A stretch of DNA of 64,000 bases from Ruminococcus sp. Lineage in GTDB: Bacteria > Bacillota > Clostridia > Oscillospirales > Ruminococcaceae. Location of the stretch: contig JAFRXL010000057.1 of the NCBI GenBank assembly GCA_017441505.1, forward strand, positions 16,966 to 80,965. The letters are read 5' to 3'. Under the pieces are notes generated by a model. It was not told where the DNA came from. It worked only from the letters and a program-made list of their open reading frames with translations, and did no database searches. Below, piece by piece: positions 38,991 to 49,569 of the stretch. Made by a program: the position numbers and the translations under genes. Position 1 is the first letter of the stretch, and the number at the start of each line of letters is the position of its first letter.

Positions 38991-39326
38991 ATGGCTAAGG
39001 AACTTAAATATGTGATGCTCCTCGACTGCTACGGAGATCTCCTCACTGAACACCAGAGAAGCGTTATGGAGCTTTATTACTGTGAGGATCTCTCCCTTGC
39101 TGAGATAGGAACTCCCCTCGGCATTACAAGACAGGCTGTTATGAGCCTTATAAAACGCACCGAAAATATCCTCCTCAACTATGAAGAAAAACTCGGATTT
39201 GCCGAAAGACTCGGTAAAATGAGAGACTGCTTCAGCAGGATAAGTTCGGCTGCTGATAATATAAACGACAAAAAAATCCGTGACTCTATCACCGCAGAGG
39301 TGCAGAAGGGTCTGGAGCTTCTATAA
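38991..39326 (+). CDS. ylxM: YlxM/UPF0122 DNA-binding protein
   Basis: LLD.YG.LLTE.Q....ELYY..DLSL.EI...I.RQAV; directly upstream of ffh. Confidence 0.92.
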   Translation: MAKELKYVMLLDCYGDLLTEHQRSVMELYYCEDLSLAEIGTPLGITRQAVMSLIKRTENILLNYEEKLGFAERLGKMRDCFSRISSAADNINDKKIRDSITAEVQKGLELL

Positions 39327-39353
39327 ATAATACATCTGAATGGAGATGATAGC

Positions 39354-40736
39354 ATGGCATTTGAAGGACTTTCCGAAAAACTTAATAACGTCTTTAAAAA
39401 GCTGAAGTCAAGAGGTAAACTTACTGAAAGTGACGTTAAGGAGGCTATGCGTGAAGTCCGCCTTGCTCTTCTTGAAGCGGATGTAAGCTATAAGGTCGTT
39501 AAGGACTTCGTTAAAAGTGTCACCGAAAGAGCTGTCGGTGAAGAGGTCCTCGCAAGCCTTACCCCTGCACAGCAGGTAATAAAAATTGTTAACGAGGAGC
39601 TTTGCTCACTCATGGGCAACAGTAATGCCCGTATTAATTTTGCTTCAAAACCGCCAACGGTCATCATGATGTGCGGACTTCAGGGTTCAGGTAAGACCAC
39701 CCACTCTGCTAAACTCGCTAAGCTGCTCAAAAAAGAAGGACACCGTCCTCTGCTCGCAGCCTGCGATATTTACCGTCCTGCTGCTATCAATCAGCTTCAG
39801 GTAGTAGGTCAGAAAGCAGATGTCCCTGTTTTTGAAATGGGACAGATAGACCCTGTTATCATCGCTAAACAGGCTCTTGCTCACGCTAAGGACTACGGTC
39901 ATGATGTGCTTATCATAGATACCGCCGGCCGTCTGCACGTTGATGAGGCTCTCATGCAGGAGCTTATCAACATTAAGGAGCTCACTCAGCCAAATGAGAT
40001 AATGCTCGTTGTCGACGCTATGACCGGTCAGGATGCTGTTAACGTAGCTAAGGCTTTCGATGATGCAGTAGGCATCACAAGCGTTCTTATGTCAAAGCTT
40101 GATTCAGATACAAGAGGCGGTGCTGCACTTTCAGTACTCGCAGTTACAGGTAAACCGATCAAATTCGTTGGTATGGGCGAAAAGCTCGATGATTTTGAAC
40201 AGTTCCACCCTGAGCGTATGGCTTCACGTATCCTCGGTATGGGCGATGTGCTCACACTCATCGAAAAAGCTGAGAACGTTATGTCTCAGAAGGAAGCTGA
40301 AAAGCTCACCAAGAAGCTCAAGGAGAATAAGTTCGATATGGACGATCTCCTCGACCAGATGAAACAGATAAAGAAGCTTGGCAATATGAAGTCTATCCTC
40401 GGTATGCTTCCGGGCGTAGGCGATAAGATCAAGGATGTGGATGTTGACGAAAGACAGCTCGACCGTGTCGAGGCTATGATAACTTCCATGACCAAGGCTG
40501 AAAGAGCTAAGCCTTCTATTATAAATCCTTCACGTAAAAAGCGTATTGCTGCCGGTTCGGGCACAAAGGTCGAAGACGTGAACAGACTGCTAAGACAGTT
40601 TGAACAGATGCAGAAAATGATGAAGCAGTTTACAGGAAGCAAGGGAAAAATGTCCCTCAGAAAAGCAAGAAAGAACCTCGCCGGAATGAACTTCGATAAG
40701 ATGACCGGTAAGGGCGGCGGAAATCTGCCGGTATAA
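39354..40736 (+). CDS. ffh: Signal recognition particle protein
   Basis: ALLEADV, GLQGSGKTT, DTAGR, DAMTGQDA, RMASRILGMGD, M-domain. Confidence 0.98.
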   Translation: MAFEGLSEKLNNVFKKLKSRGKLTESDVKEAMREVRLALLEADVSYKVVKDFVKSVTERAVGEEVLASLTPAQQVIKIVNEELCSLMGNSNARINFASKPPTVIMMCGLQGSGKTTHSAKLAKLLKKEGHRPLLAACDIYRPAAINQLQVVGQKADVPVFEMGQIDPVIIAKQALAHAKDYGHDVLIIDTAGRLHVDEALMQELINIKELTQPNEIMLVVDAMTGQDAVNVAKAFDDAVGITSVLMSKLDSDTRGGAALSVLAVTGKPIKFVGMGEKLDDFEQFHPERMASRILGMGDVLTLIEKAENVMSQKEAEKLTKKLKENKFDMDDLLDQMKQIKKLGNMKSILGMLPGVGDKIKDVDVDERQLDRVEAMITSMTKAERAKPSIINPSRKKRIAAGSGTKVEDVNRLLRQFEQMQKMMKQFTGSKGKMSLRKARKNLAGMNFDKMTGKGGGNLPV

Positions 40737-40801
40737 CAAGCTTTCAATGCGACGTCTCCCGCCGCATGGAATATATACTAAATTTACGGAGGTGAATACA
40801 A

Positions 40802-41044
40802 ATGGCAGTAAAGATCAGACTCAGAAGAATGGGTGCTAAGAAGGCTCCTTTCTATCGTATAGTTGTTGCTGATTCCAGATACCCAAGAGACGGCAGATTC
40901 GTTGAAGAGATCGGTTTCTATGATCCTACAAAGAATCCTTCTGTTGTAAAGGTTGACGCTGATAAGGCTAAGGACTGGATCGCAAAGGGTGCTCAGCCTA
41001 CAGACACTGTTAAGGTAATCCTCAAGAACGAGGGAGTACTTTAA
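40802..41044 (+). CDS. rpsP: 30S ribosomal protein S16
   Basis: [32 protein letters not shown]. Confidence 0.98.
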   Translation: MAVKIRLRRMGAKKAPFYRIVVADSRYPRDGRFVEEIGFYDPTKNPSVVKVDADKAKDWIAKGAQPTDTVKVILKNEGVL

Positions 41045-41117
41045 TCATCGGACTCTGCGGAAGAGGTGAGACGTATCGTCTCTTCCTCTGTTCCCGTAGC
41101 TTTTGGAGGTTAATTCA

Positions 41118-41351
41118 ATGAAAGATCTACTTTACGCTATCGCAGCAGGACTTGTTGAGGATAAAACAGCTATCAAGATAACCGAGGATGAACCGGATGC
41201 CGAGGGCGTTATCGTGTTCCATCTCTCAGTCGCTCCAGACGATATGGGAAGAGTTATCGGTAAGCAGGGCAGGATCGCTAAAGCTCTCCGTACTATCATG
41301 AGAGCAGGTGCTGCAAAAAAGGACCTCAAGGTTTCTGTTACTATCGAATAA
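41118..41351 (+). CDS. khpA: KH-domain RNA-binding protein KhpA (YlqC)
   Basis: DMGRVIGKQGRIAKALRT; follows rpsP; GGAGG RBS. Confidence 0.92.
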   Translation: MKDLLYAIAAGLVEDKTAIKITEDEPDAEGVIVFHLSVAPDDMGRVIGKQGRIAKALRTIMRAGAAKKDLKVSVTIE

Positions 41352-41381
41352 AAAATTCCGCCGAGGTACGGCGGTTTTTTT
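41352..41381 (+). terminator. Terminator after khpA
   Basis: CCGCCG-aggta-CGGCGG followed by T7. Confidence 0.8.
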
Positions 41382-41400
41382 GTATATACAGGAGGCAGTT

Positions 41401-41886
41401 ATGCTTAAAGCTATTCTTAGCGGCGAAGCCTGTGCAAAGTGCAGACTTTGCTGTATTTTTGACCGCTATGACGTTTGGGAAACTCCCGTGTTCACCGAGG
41501 AGATACGTGACCGCATACAGGCTGCTAAGCCTGATACCCGTTTCATCCCAAAGGACGGCGGATTTATATTCCGTGTGGGTGAGCTTAAAGGCGATGAGCT
41601 TTTTTCTTGTCCGGCACTCACCGAAAACGGCTGTATGCTCGGCGACGATAAGCCTTTCGACTGCCGCATATGGCCTTACCGCATAATGGAAGTCGGCGGC
41701 AGACGTGCAATAACTTTCGCTTCTATCTGTGAGGAGCTTTATAATCGTCCGCTCTCACAGCTCGTGGAGCATCTTAAAAACGGTCTTGCAGACGTTATAT
41801 TTTCATATGCCGACGAACACCCTGAGATAGTAAAGCCCTATTACGAGGGCTATCCGGTGCTGATGTTCGAGCGTAGACCGCTTTGA
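41401..41886 (+). CDS. YkgJ/CxxCxxCC-family cysteine cluster protein
   Basis: CAKCRLCC...CPAL...GC.L...KP.DC..WP; GGAGG RBS before ATG 41401. Confidence 0.82.
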   Translation: MLKAILSGEACAKCRLCCIFDRYDVWETPVFTEEIRDRIQAAKPDTRFIPKDGGFIFRVGELKGDELFSCPALTENGCMLGDDKPFDCRIWPYRIMEVGGRRAITFASICEELYNRPLSQLVEHLKNGLADVIFSYADEHPEIVKPYYEGYPVLMFERRPL

Positions 41887-42022
41887 GATTGTCAAATTTG
41901 TCAACCAACCTAAAAACTTGACATATACCTATAAAAGATATATAATAAAAGTGTATAATTTGCTGATTGAACAAGGATGGAACTCAGCGTAAAAAATGCT
42001 TATGTGCGGATAGGAGACTATT

Positions 42023-44170
42023 ATGGATTACCTTGAAAACCGGGAGCTTTCATGGCTCAAATTCAACGGAAGAGTTCTTGAAGAGGCTGTAGATGCCGGA
42101 ACTCCATTGCTTGAAAGACTTTCGTTTTCTGCTATATACCAGAGCAATCTGGACGAATTTTTCATGGTGCGTGTCGGTTCTCTCACCGATGCCGCAAAGA
42201 ACAATAAGAATAAAAAGGACAGCCGCAGCGGTATGACTCCCTCTCAGCAGCTCGATGCTGTATTTACCTCTGTAAGAAGGATGCAGCCCTCAGTTGAGGA
42301 GGCTTACCGCAAAACTATGGGCGAGCTTGCTGCTTATGGTTATGAGCACGTAAGCATAAAAAATGCAACTCCGGAAGAGCTCAGCTTCCTTGAACTCTAT
42401 TTCAAGCGTGAGATGAAGCCATTTATTTCCGGACTTGTCGTAAATGATGCACTGCCTTTCCCTTTCCTTAAAAATAAGGAAATATACGCAGTAGTCCAGC
42501 TCGCTTCAAAGAAAGGCGTATCGATAGGAATAGTACCGGTAAGTCACGAGCAGAGCGAGAGAATGATACCTCTCAGCGGCAACGGAAAACGCTTTATCCT
42601 TGAAGAAGAGGTAGTTCTGCACTTTGCTCACCTCATGTTCAAGAGCTACAAGGTGCTGGACAGAGCTCTTATAAGAGTTACAAGAAGTGCGGATATTATG
42701 GCTACAGGCAAGGGAGCTGAGTTCCGTGACCGTATGGAGGAACTTGTTGTAAAGCGTACCAAGCTTGCTCCCGTAAGACTTGAAGTTTCAGACGTATTCT
42801 CACGTGAGGCTCTGGACTATATCTGTCAGAAACTGAAAATAAAGAATGTAAGAGTGTTCACTTCCCGTGTCCCTCTTGACCTTTCCTTCGTTTTCGACCT
42901 TCAGGAACTCGACCTTTCTCCGGAACTTCACTACATACCAAGACAGCCAAGAAAACCTGCGGCTCTTTCGGATACCAAGTCGGTTTTTGCACAGGTCAAG
43001 GCAAAGGATATGCTCCTGAGCTATCCTTTCGAGTCCATGAATCTTTCATTTATAAGACTGCTTCAGGAATGTGCAAGCGACCCGAAAGTCACCTCAATAA
43101 AGATAACTCTATACCGTCTTGCAAAAAACAGCAAGGTCATAGACGCTCTTTGTACTGCTGCTGAACAGGGCAAGGAAGTACTCGTTATGATAGAGCTGAG
43201 AGCACGTTTTGATGAAGCGAATAACATTGAGTGGTCAAAGGTGCTGCAAGCTGCCGGAGTTAAAGTAATATATGGTCCTAAGGACTATAAGGCTCATTCC
43301 AAGCTGCTTCTCATCACAAGGAAGGCTCAGGGCGGCAATTTTGATTACGTTACTCAGATAGGTACAGGAAACTATAACGAAAAGACCTCCGCACTGTATA
43401 CCGACCTCATGCTCCTGACCGCTGACCGTGATATTGCTGCTGACGCTGAGGCTGTTTTCAACGGACTTATCAACGGTACACTTGTGGAAAGTACCAATAA
43501 GCTCCTTGTATCACCGCTTGCATTAAGACCTCAGGTACTTGCGATGATGGATGAACAGATAAACATAGCTAAAAACGGCGGAAAAGGCTATATCGCAGCA
43601 AAAGTCAATTCACTCTGCGATAAGGTGATAATGGAAAAAATGGTGGAGGCTTCTCAGGCTGGTGTAAAAGTTGAGCTTGTAGTAAGGGGCATCTGCTGTC
43701 TGATACCCGGTGTTGAAGGGTATACCGACAACATCTCCGTGAGAAGCATTGTCGGACGCTTCCTTGAACACAGCCGTATCTTCATATTCGGTCAGGACGG
43801 AAAGGAACAGAAAATTTATATCGGTTCTGCCGACTACATGAGCAGAAATACTATCCGCAGAGTTGAAGTCGCAGCTCCTGTCGAGGACGAAAAGCTCAAA
43901 AAGCGTATCCGTGATATGTTCCACACCCTCATGAACGATAACGTAAAAGCAAGAGTAATGCTCAGCAACGGCTCTTATGTACGCCCTAAATGCAGACGTG
44001 AGAGCGATGTACCGCTGAATTCTCAGGAGTTCTTCTACGAGGAAGCCTACAGACGTCTTGAAGAAAAACAGGAGAAACAGGAGCGTCTGAGAAAAAACGT
44101 TGAAAAGGGTGCTGCAAAGAAAAAGCCAGCCAAAAGAAAAACTCCGGCTAAAAGAACATCAAAAAAATAA
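42023..44170 (+). CDS. ppk1: Polyphosphate kinase 1
   Basis: NRELSWL.FN.RVL, SNLDEFFMVRV, ELRARFDE, K.HSKL, GTGNYN, GRFLEHSR, SAD.M.RN; promoter TTGACA-N17-TATAAT at 41918-41946. Confidence 0.96.
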   Translation: MDYLENRELSWLKFNGRVLEEAVDAGTPLLERLSFSAIYQSNLDEFFMVRVGSLTDAAKNNKNKKDSRSGMTPSQQLDAVFTSVRRMQPSVEEAYRKTMGELAAYGYEHVSIKNATPEELSFLELYFKREMKPFISGLVVNDALPFPFLKNKEIYAVVQLASKKGVSIGIVPVSHEQSERMIPLSGNGKRFILEEEVVLHFAHLMFKSYKVLDRALIRVTRSADIMATGKGAEFRDRMEELVVKRTKLAPVRLEVSDVFSREALDYICQKLKIKNVRVFTSRVPLDLSFVFDLQELDLSPELHYIPRQPRKPAALSDTKSVFAQVKAKDMLLSYPFESMNLSFIRLLQECASDPKVTSIKITLYRLAKNSKVIDALCTAAEQGKEVLVMIELRARFDEANNIEWSKVLQAAGVKVIYGPKDYKAHSKLLLITRKAQGGNFDYVTQIGTGNYNEKTSALYTDLMLLTADRDIAADAEAVFNGLINGTLVESTNKLLVSPLALRPQVLAMMDEQINIAKNGGKGYIAAKVNSLCDKVIMEKMVEASQAGVKVELVVRGICCLIPGVEGYTDNISVRSIVGRFLEHSRIFIFGQDGKEQKIYIGSADYMSRNTIRRVEVAAPVEDEKLKKRIRDMFHTLMNDNVKARVMLSNGSYVRPKCRRESDVPLNSQEFFYEEAYRRLEEKQEKQERLRKNVEKGAAKKKPAKRKTPAKRTSKK

Positions 44171-44381
44171 AACCGGCGAAGTCGGGCAGGGTTATCAGCC
44201 CTGCCCGTATTTCAAGTTTTAATGACGCTGAGCAGCTGCCTTTATCGCAAGCACCGCTCGGCAGGGTCTTGTTTGGGGAACAATAACTATAAATTGCTGA
44301 AATTTGAAAAAAAGCTTGAAACTTGTCTGATATTATGATATAATATTTATTATCTACCTACTGACAAAAGGGGTCTAAATA

Positions 44382-45026
44382 ATGATAGGTTACTATAACT
44401 ATACAGTTATTCTTACATATATGAGTCTTGTTTCATCTGTTATGGGTATGTTTTTTGCCCTTGGCATAAACGACTCTCATCCGCATCCTGAATACGCAAT
44501 AATCTGCCTCATGGTGTCTGGACTGTGCGATATGTTCGACGGTAAGGTCGCACGTACCAAAAAGGACAGGACCGATAATGAAAAGAAATTCGGTATTCAG
44601 ATCGATTCACTTTGTGATGCTATATGCTTTGGTCTTCTGCCGTCCGTAATAGGATATTCTATCGGCATGAGAGACTGGGAAGATATACCGATACTCGTAG
44701 TATTTCCGCTGTGTGCAGTGATACGTCTCGCATACTTCAACGTTATGGAAGAGGACAGACAAAAAAAGACCGATGAGGTCCGGAAAACCTATGAGGGACT
44801 TCCGGTAACCAGTGTCGCTCTGATTCTTCCGGTGATATACAGCTTCCATAAGGACATCGGAATAGATAATTTCCCTTTAGTATACGGAACAGCTTTGCTT
44901 ATAATAGCTGTCGCATTTATCACAAGATTCAAAATCAAGAAGCCTTCCATGAAAACAATGCTGATATTCATATGTATCGGTGCTGTCGAGCTTTTATGGA
45001 TGCTATATAAAACAAAAATGTTATGA
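44382..45026 (+). CDS. CDP-alcohol phosphatidyltransferase (PssA-like)
   Basis: D.FDG.VAR...G...DSL.D motif, IRLAYFN, GLP. Confidence 0.9.
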   Translation: MIGYYNYTVILTYMSLVSSVMGMFFALGINDSHPHPEYAIICLMVSGLCDMFDGKVARTKKDRTDNEKKFGIQIDSLCDAICFGLLPSVIGYSIGMRDWEDIPILVVFPLCAVIRLAYFNVMEEDRQKKTDEVRKTYEGLPVTSVALILPVIYSFHKDIGIDNFPLVYGTALLIIAVAFITRFKIKKPSMKTMLIFICIGAVELLWMLYKTKML

Positions 45027-45140
45027 TAAGCTGAAAAAGGAGACGTTTGTGCGTCTCTTTTTTATTCACTCAAATTATGAACAAATTGTAAACATTTCAG
45101 TTCCCTCTTGATTTTCTACCGTTAAAGTTATATACTATAT

Positions 45141-45167
45141 TTAGCACTCTAAGACAGAGAGTGCTAA
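45141..45167 (+). promoter_or_regulatory. CIRCE element (HrcA operator) upstream of htpG
   Basis: Perfect TTAGCACTC-N9-GAGTGCTAA just downstream of the TATACT -10. Confidence 0.95.
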
Positions 45168-45189
45168 AACTACTATGGAGATGTTATAA

Positions 45190-47091
45190 ATGGAAACAAA
45201 GCAGTTCAAAGCCGAGTCTAAAAGACTCCTCGAAATGATGATACACTCTATCTATACACACAAAGAGATATTCCTCAGAGAGCTTATCTCAAATGCAAGC
45301 GATGCTATCGACAAGCTCTATTTCAAATCTCTTACAGACGATAAAGTAGGTCTTAACAAAGACGATTTCGCTATCTGGATAACAGCTGATAAGGATACTC
45401 GTACTTTAAAGATCACTGATAACGGTATCGGTATGACTGCTGAGGAACTTGAAAATAACCTTGGTACTATCGCTAACAGCGGTTCATTTAAATTCAAAAA
45501 CGAGAATAAGCTCGAAGAAGACAACCAGATAATCGGACAGTTCGGTGTCGGATTCTATTCAGCATTTATGGTCGCTAAGAAGGTGACTGTAATATCAAAG
45601 GCTTACGGCAGCGACAAGGCTTACCAGTGGGAGTCTGAGGGTATCGACGGATATACTATCTCAGAGGCTGACAAGGCTTCCGCAGGTACTGAGATAATAC
45701 TCGAACTTCTTGAAGATACTGATGACGAAAATTACGCTGAATTCCTCGACCAGTACAGACTGAAATCACTTATCAAGAAGTATTCCGATTACATCCGCTT
45801 CCCTATCAAAATGGAATGCACTCACAGCCGTCCGAAGGAGCAGTCCGAGGAGGACAAGGAAGCTAAGAAGCCTCTTGAATATGAGGAGTACATAGAAGTT
45901 GAGACACTCAACAGCATGGTGCCGCTCTGGAAGAAAAATAAGACAGAGCTCAAAGAAGAGGACTACAAGCATTTCTATGTTGAAAAGTTCTATGACTATA
46001 ATGAGCCTCTCAAATATGCTCACATAAGCAACGAGATGCCTGCATATAATGCACTTCTCTATATACCGGCAAAAGCTCCGTTTGACTTCTACTCTAAGGA
46101 GTACGAAAAGGGACTTCAGCTCTATTCAAACGGCGTTCTTATCATGGATAAGTGCTCAGACCTTCTCCCTGACTATTTCAGCTTTGTAAAGGGTCTTGTA
46201 GATTCTGAGGACCTTTCACTGAATATCTCCCGTGAGATGCTCCAGCACGATAAGCAGCTCAAGGTGATAGCAAAGAGCATCGAAAAGACTATCAGCAACG
46301 AGCTTAAAAAGATGCTCAAGAACGAGCGTGAGAAGTATGAGGAATTCTGGAAGGCATTCGGTCTTCAGCTTAAATACGGAATCTACAGCGATTATGGCAT
46401 GAACAAGGAAAAGCTTCAGGACCTTCTCCTCTTCACTTCCTCAAACGAGCAGAAGCTTGTAACTCTTGATGAATACGTAACTGCTATGCGTGAGGATCAG
46501 AAGTATATCTACTACGCTACAGGCGAAAGTGCAGCACGTATCGAACAGCTCCCACAGACAGAGCTTGTTAAGGATAAGGGCTACGAGATACTCTATCTCA
46601 CAGACAATATCGACGAATTTGCTATAAAGTCTATCCGTCAGTATAAAGATAAGGAGTTCAAGTCTGTATCAGCTGATGACCTCGGACTTGAAAACGATGA
46701 GAAGAAAGAAGAAATAAAGGCTAAGGCTGAGGAAAATTCCGATCTTCTTGATGCTCTCACAAAGGCACTTGACGGAAAGGTATCAAAGGTAACTCTTTCT
46801 CAGAGACTTAAATCTCACCCTGTATGCCTTACAAGTGAGGGAGAGATCTCACTCGAAATGGAAAAGGTGCTCAACTCTATGCCTACAGACCAGAAGGTTC
46901 AGGCTAACAGAGTGCTTGAAATAAATCCTGAGCACGAGATATTCACTAAGCTCCAGAATCTCGACAGTACAGGCGACAGCGATAAGCTCGGCAAATATGC
47001 TAAGCTCCTCTACGATCAGGCTCTTCTTATTGAGGGTATGAGCATCGAGGATCCGGTTGAGTTCTCAAATCTTATCTGCGAGCTTATGTAA
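45190..47091 (+). CDS. htpG: Molecular chaperone HtpG (Hsp90)
   Basis: [44 protein letters not shown]. Confidence 0.97.
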   Translation: METKQFKAESKRLLEMMIHSIYTHKEIFLRELISNASDAIDKLYFKSLTDDKVGLNKDDFAIWITADKDTRTLKITDNGIGMTAEELENNLGTIANSGSFKFKNENKLEEDNQIIGQFGVGFYSAFMVAKKVTVISKAYGSDKAYQWESEGIDGYTISEADKASAGTEIILELLEDTDDENYAEFLDQYRLKSLIKKYSDYIRFPIKMECTHSRPKEQSEEDKEAKKPLEYEEYIEVETLNSMVPLWKKNKTELKEEDYKHFYVEKFYDYNEPLKYAHISNEMPAYNALLYIPAKAPFDFYSKEYEKGLQLYSNGVLIMDKCSDLLPDYFSFVKGLVDSEDLSLNISREMLQHDKQLKVIAKSIEKTISNELKKMLKNEREKYEEFWKAFGLQLKYGIYSDYGMNKEKLQDLLLFTSSNEQKLVTLDEYVTAMREDQKYIYYATGESAARIEQLPQTELVKDKGYEILYLTDNIDEFAIKSIRQYKDKEFKSVSADDLGLENDEKKEEIKAKAEENSDLLDALTKALDGKVSKVTLSQRLKSHPVCLTSEGEISLEMEKVLNSMPTDQKVQANRVLEINPEHEIFTKLQNLDSTGDSDKLGKYAKLLYDQALLIEGMSIEDPVEFSNLICELM

Positions 47092-47184
47092 TTACATAAA
47101 TACTAAAAAGTCCTTGATGAAAATTCAAGGACTTTTTTGTACAAAAAATGAGGTGCTTTGTCATATGACAGCACCTCATTGTAC

Positions 47185-47382
47185 TTATTTCTTTATCTTG
47201 TCGATAACATCGCCGATCTTATCCTTAGCAGTGTCGACTACCTTATTGATCTTATCATCAGGAAGATCAACTCCGGTAACCTTTTCAACAGCCTTTACAG
47301 GATTGCTTGCAAGGTCCTTAGTGAAGTCCTTATCGTTTTTTACCTTATCGGTGATCTCGCCAATTTTTCCTTTAATATCCAT
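47185..47382 (-). CDS. Small conserved-looking hypothetical protein (65 aa)
   Basis: GAAGG RBS, host-like codons, flanked by an AT-rich promoter region and terminator hairpins. Confidence 0.7.
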   Translation of the reverse strand: MDIKGKIGEITDKVKNDKDFTKDLASNPVKAVEKVTGVDLPDDKINKVVDTAKDKIGDVIDKIKK

Positions 47383-47535
47383 AGAATGACCTTCTTTCTG
47401 AATAAATATTATACATTTATTATATCACGGCTTTTTATAAAAATCAATATTTTGCTGTAAAAAATCATGCTGAAAATGAATTCGGGGAAGAAACATTCCT
47501 CAAAAATGTTCTTCCCCGATAATAATCATATTCTT

Positions 47536-48162
47536 TTATTCCTGATTGGTTTTTCGTGCAAGCATTGCGAGGGTTATAGAGATATTTTCGTTATGTATGG
47601 CGATACCTGCGGGAGCGGTCAGGTATATGGGAGCGAAATTGAGTATATATTTTATACCGGCTTCTGCCATTTCGTTACACACTTCCTGTGCTGCTGATTC
47701 AGGTACAGTTATTATACCTATATGGATATTCCTGTTCTGACAAAATTCTCTGAGCATAGAAACGTCCATTATAGGCTTGCCATTTATCTCAGTCCCCACA
47801 AGGTTCTCATCGCAGTCGAAACCGCAAACGACTTCAAAGCCATAGTCGGCAAAGCTTTTATTTTCGAGCATAGCTCTGCCGAAATTGCCCATACCTACGA
47901 CTACTACTCCGTCATGATTGGCGAATCCGAGAAATTTTCCGATGTCGCCGATAAGCTCATTTGTAACATATCCCACTTTAGGTCTGCCGCCCTGAGAGAC
48001 AGAGGCGAGGTCTTTTCTGACCTGAACATCATTTAGTCCGAGGGCTTCTGCGATAGCTGTAGCGGAAATATTTCCGCTTTTTCTGCTTTCCGGCAGGGAA
48101 GTGAGGTAATTGAAGTACAAAGGGAGTCTGGAAAGAGTCTGTGAGGTAATATTTTTATTCAT
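47536..48162 (-). CDS. rex: Redox-sensing transcriptional repressor Rex
   Basis: RLPLY, QVRKDL, G....GY, VG.GN.G.A, ILNFAP; GGAGG RBS supports start 48162. Confidence 0.92.
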   Translation of the reverse strand: MNKNITSQTLSRLPLYFNYLTSLPESRKSGNISATAIAEALGLNDVQVRKDLASVSQGGRPKVGYVTNELIGDIGKFLGFANHDGVVVVGMGNFGRAMLENKSFADYGFEVVCGFDCDENLVGTEINGKPIMDVSMLREFCQNRNIHIGIITVPESAAQEVCNEMAEAGIKYILNFAPIYLTAPAGIAIHNENISITLAMLARKTNQE

Positions 48163-48182
48163 GACATCCCTCCGTTCGGGCA

Positions 48183-49568
48183 TCACTTTTTCTGCATATA
48201 TTCATCCATAGCTGCGGCAGCCTTTTTACCTGCACCCATAGCGAGGATAACAGTTGCAGCTCCTGTAACAGCGTCACCGCCGGCATACACGCCTTCCTTA
48301 GATGTAAGTCCGTCCTCATCAGCGATTATGCCGCCCCATTTCTGAGTATCAAGACCCTCTGTTGTGGACTTGATAAGCGGATTTGGTGAAGTACCGATAG
48401 ACATGATAACGCAGTCTGCTTCGATCTCGACAAAAGCTCCCTCTTTCGGAACAGGCTTAGCTCTTCCGGAAGCATCAGGCTCGGAAAGCTCCATTTCCTG
48501 ACAGATAACGCTCTTTACCCAGCCGTCCTCAGTAGAAGTGATCTCTGTAGGATTTGTCAGGAACTTGAAGATGATGCCCTCTTCCTTAGCGTGTTCAACT
48601 TCCTCAGCTCTTGCAGGAAGCTCATTTTCTGTACGTCTGTAAACGATGTATACTGCTGCACCGAGTCTCTTAGCACATCTTGCAGCGTCCATAGCAACGT
48701 TTCCGCCGCCGACTATAACTGCCTTTGTGCCAGCCTTTATAGGAGTTGAGCTATCCGGCTTATAAGCCTTCATGAGGTTGATACGTGTGAGGAACTCGTT
48801 AGCGGAGTAAACTCCGTTGAGGTTCTCGCCCGGGATATTCATAAATCTTGGAAGACCTGCACCAGAGCCGATAAATACGGACTCGAAGCCCTCTTCCTTC
48901 ATAAGTTCGTCTATGGAGATAGTTCTTCCTACAACTGTGTTAGTCTCTACATGAACGCCGAGAGCTTTAAGTCCCTCTATCTCCTTCTGCACGATAGACT
49001 TAGGCAGACGGAATTCAGGTATACCGTAGGAAAGAACGCCTCCGGCAACGTGGAGAGCCTCAAATACAGTTACATCGTAGCCCTTCTTAGCGAGGTCGCC
49101 TGCACAGGCAAGACCGGAAGGACCTGAACCGATAACAGCAGCCTTATGACCGTTTGAAGCCGGCTTTTCTACCTCTGTTTCCGGCTGAGCGTTATGCCAG
49201 TCAGCAACAAATCTTTCAAGACGTCCGATAGCTACAGGCTCGCCCTTTTTGCCTCTTACGCACTTGGATTCGCACTGTGTCTCCTGCGGACAAACTCTTC
49301 CGCATACAGCAGGAAGTGAGCTTGACTGTGTTATAACTTTATATGCACCTGCGAAGTCGCCCTCTGCAACTCTTGCGATAAATGCAGGTATATCTATCTG
49401 TACAGGACATCCTGTTGAGCATGGCTTAGCCTTGCATCCGAGACATCTTTTGGCTTCATCTATAGCCTGTTCCTCAGTGTAGCCGAGAGCTACCTCCTTG
49501 AAGTTCTTGTTTCTGACATCGGGAGCCTGTACAGGCATTTCATTTCTTGTAAGTGACATATTTGGCAT
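48183..49568 (-). CDS. nfnB: NADH-dependent reduced ferredoxin:NADP oxidoreductase large subunit (NfnB/SudA/GltD-like)
   Basis: EA.RCL.C...C..GCP, CGRVCPQE.QCE, GSGPSGL, GGGNVAMD, AGGD.VTG.ATVI.AM; paired with an NfnA-like gene. Confidence 0.85.
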   Translation of the reverse strand: MPNMSLTRNEMPVQAPDVRNKNFKEVALGYTEEQAIDEAKRCLGCKAKPCSTGCPVQIDIPAFIARVAEGDFAGAYKVITQSSSLPAVCGRVCPQETQCESKCVRGKKGEPVAIGRLERFVADWHNAQPETEVEKPASNGHKAAVIGSGPSGLACAGDLAKKGYDVTVFEALHVAGGVLSYGIPEFRLPKSIVQKEIEGLKALGVHVETNTVVGRTISIDELMKEEGFESVFIGSGAGLPRFMNIPGENLNGVYSANEFLTRINLMKAYKPDSSTPIKAGTKAVIVGGGNVAMDAARCAKRLGAAVYIVYRRTENELPARAEEVEHAKEEGIIFKFLTNPTEITSTEDGWVKSVICQEMELSEPDASGRAKPVPKEGAFVEIEADCVIMSIGTSPNPLIKSTTEGLDTQKWGGIIADEDGLTSKEGVYAGGDAVTGAATVILAMGAGKKAAAAMDEYMQKK

Positions 49569-49569
49569 C

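Noticed and set aside
41308-41400. N-terminal extension of the cysteine-cluster ORF overlapping khpA
   Set aside because: Crosses a terminator; the strong RBS points to ATG 41401
44225-44285. GC-rich stem after the ppk1 terminator as a possible ncRNA
   Set aside because: Short imperfect hairpin only; no promoter or recognisable RNA family features
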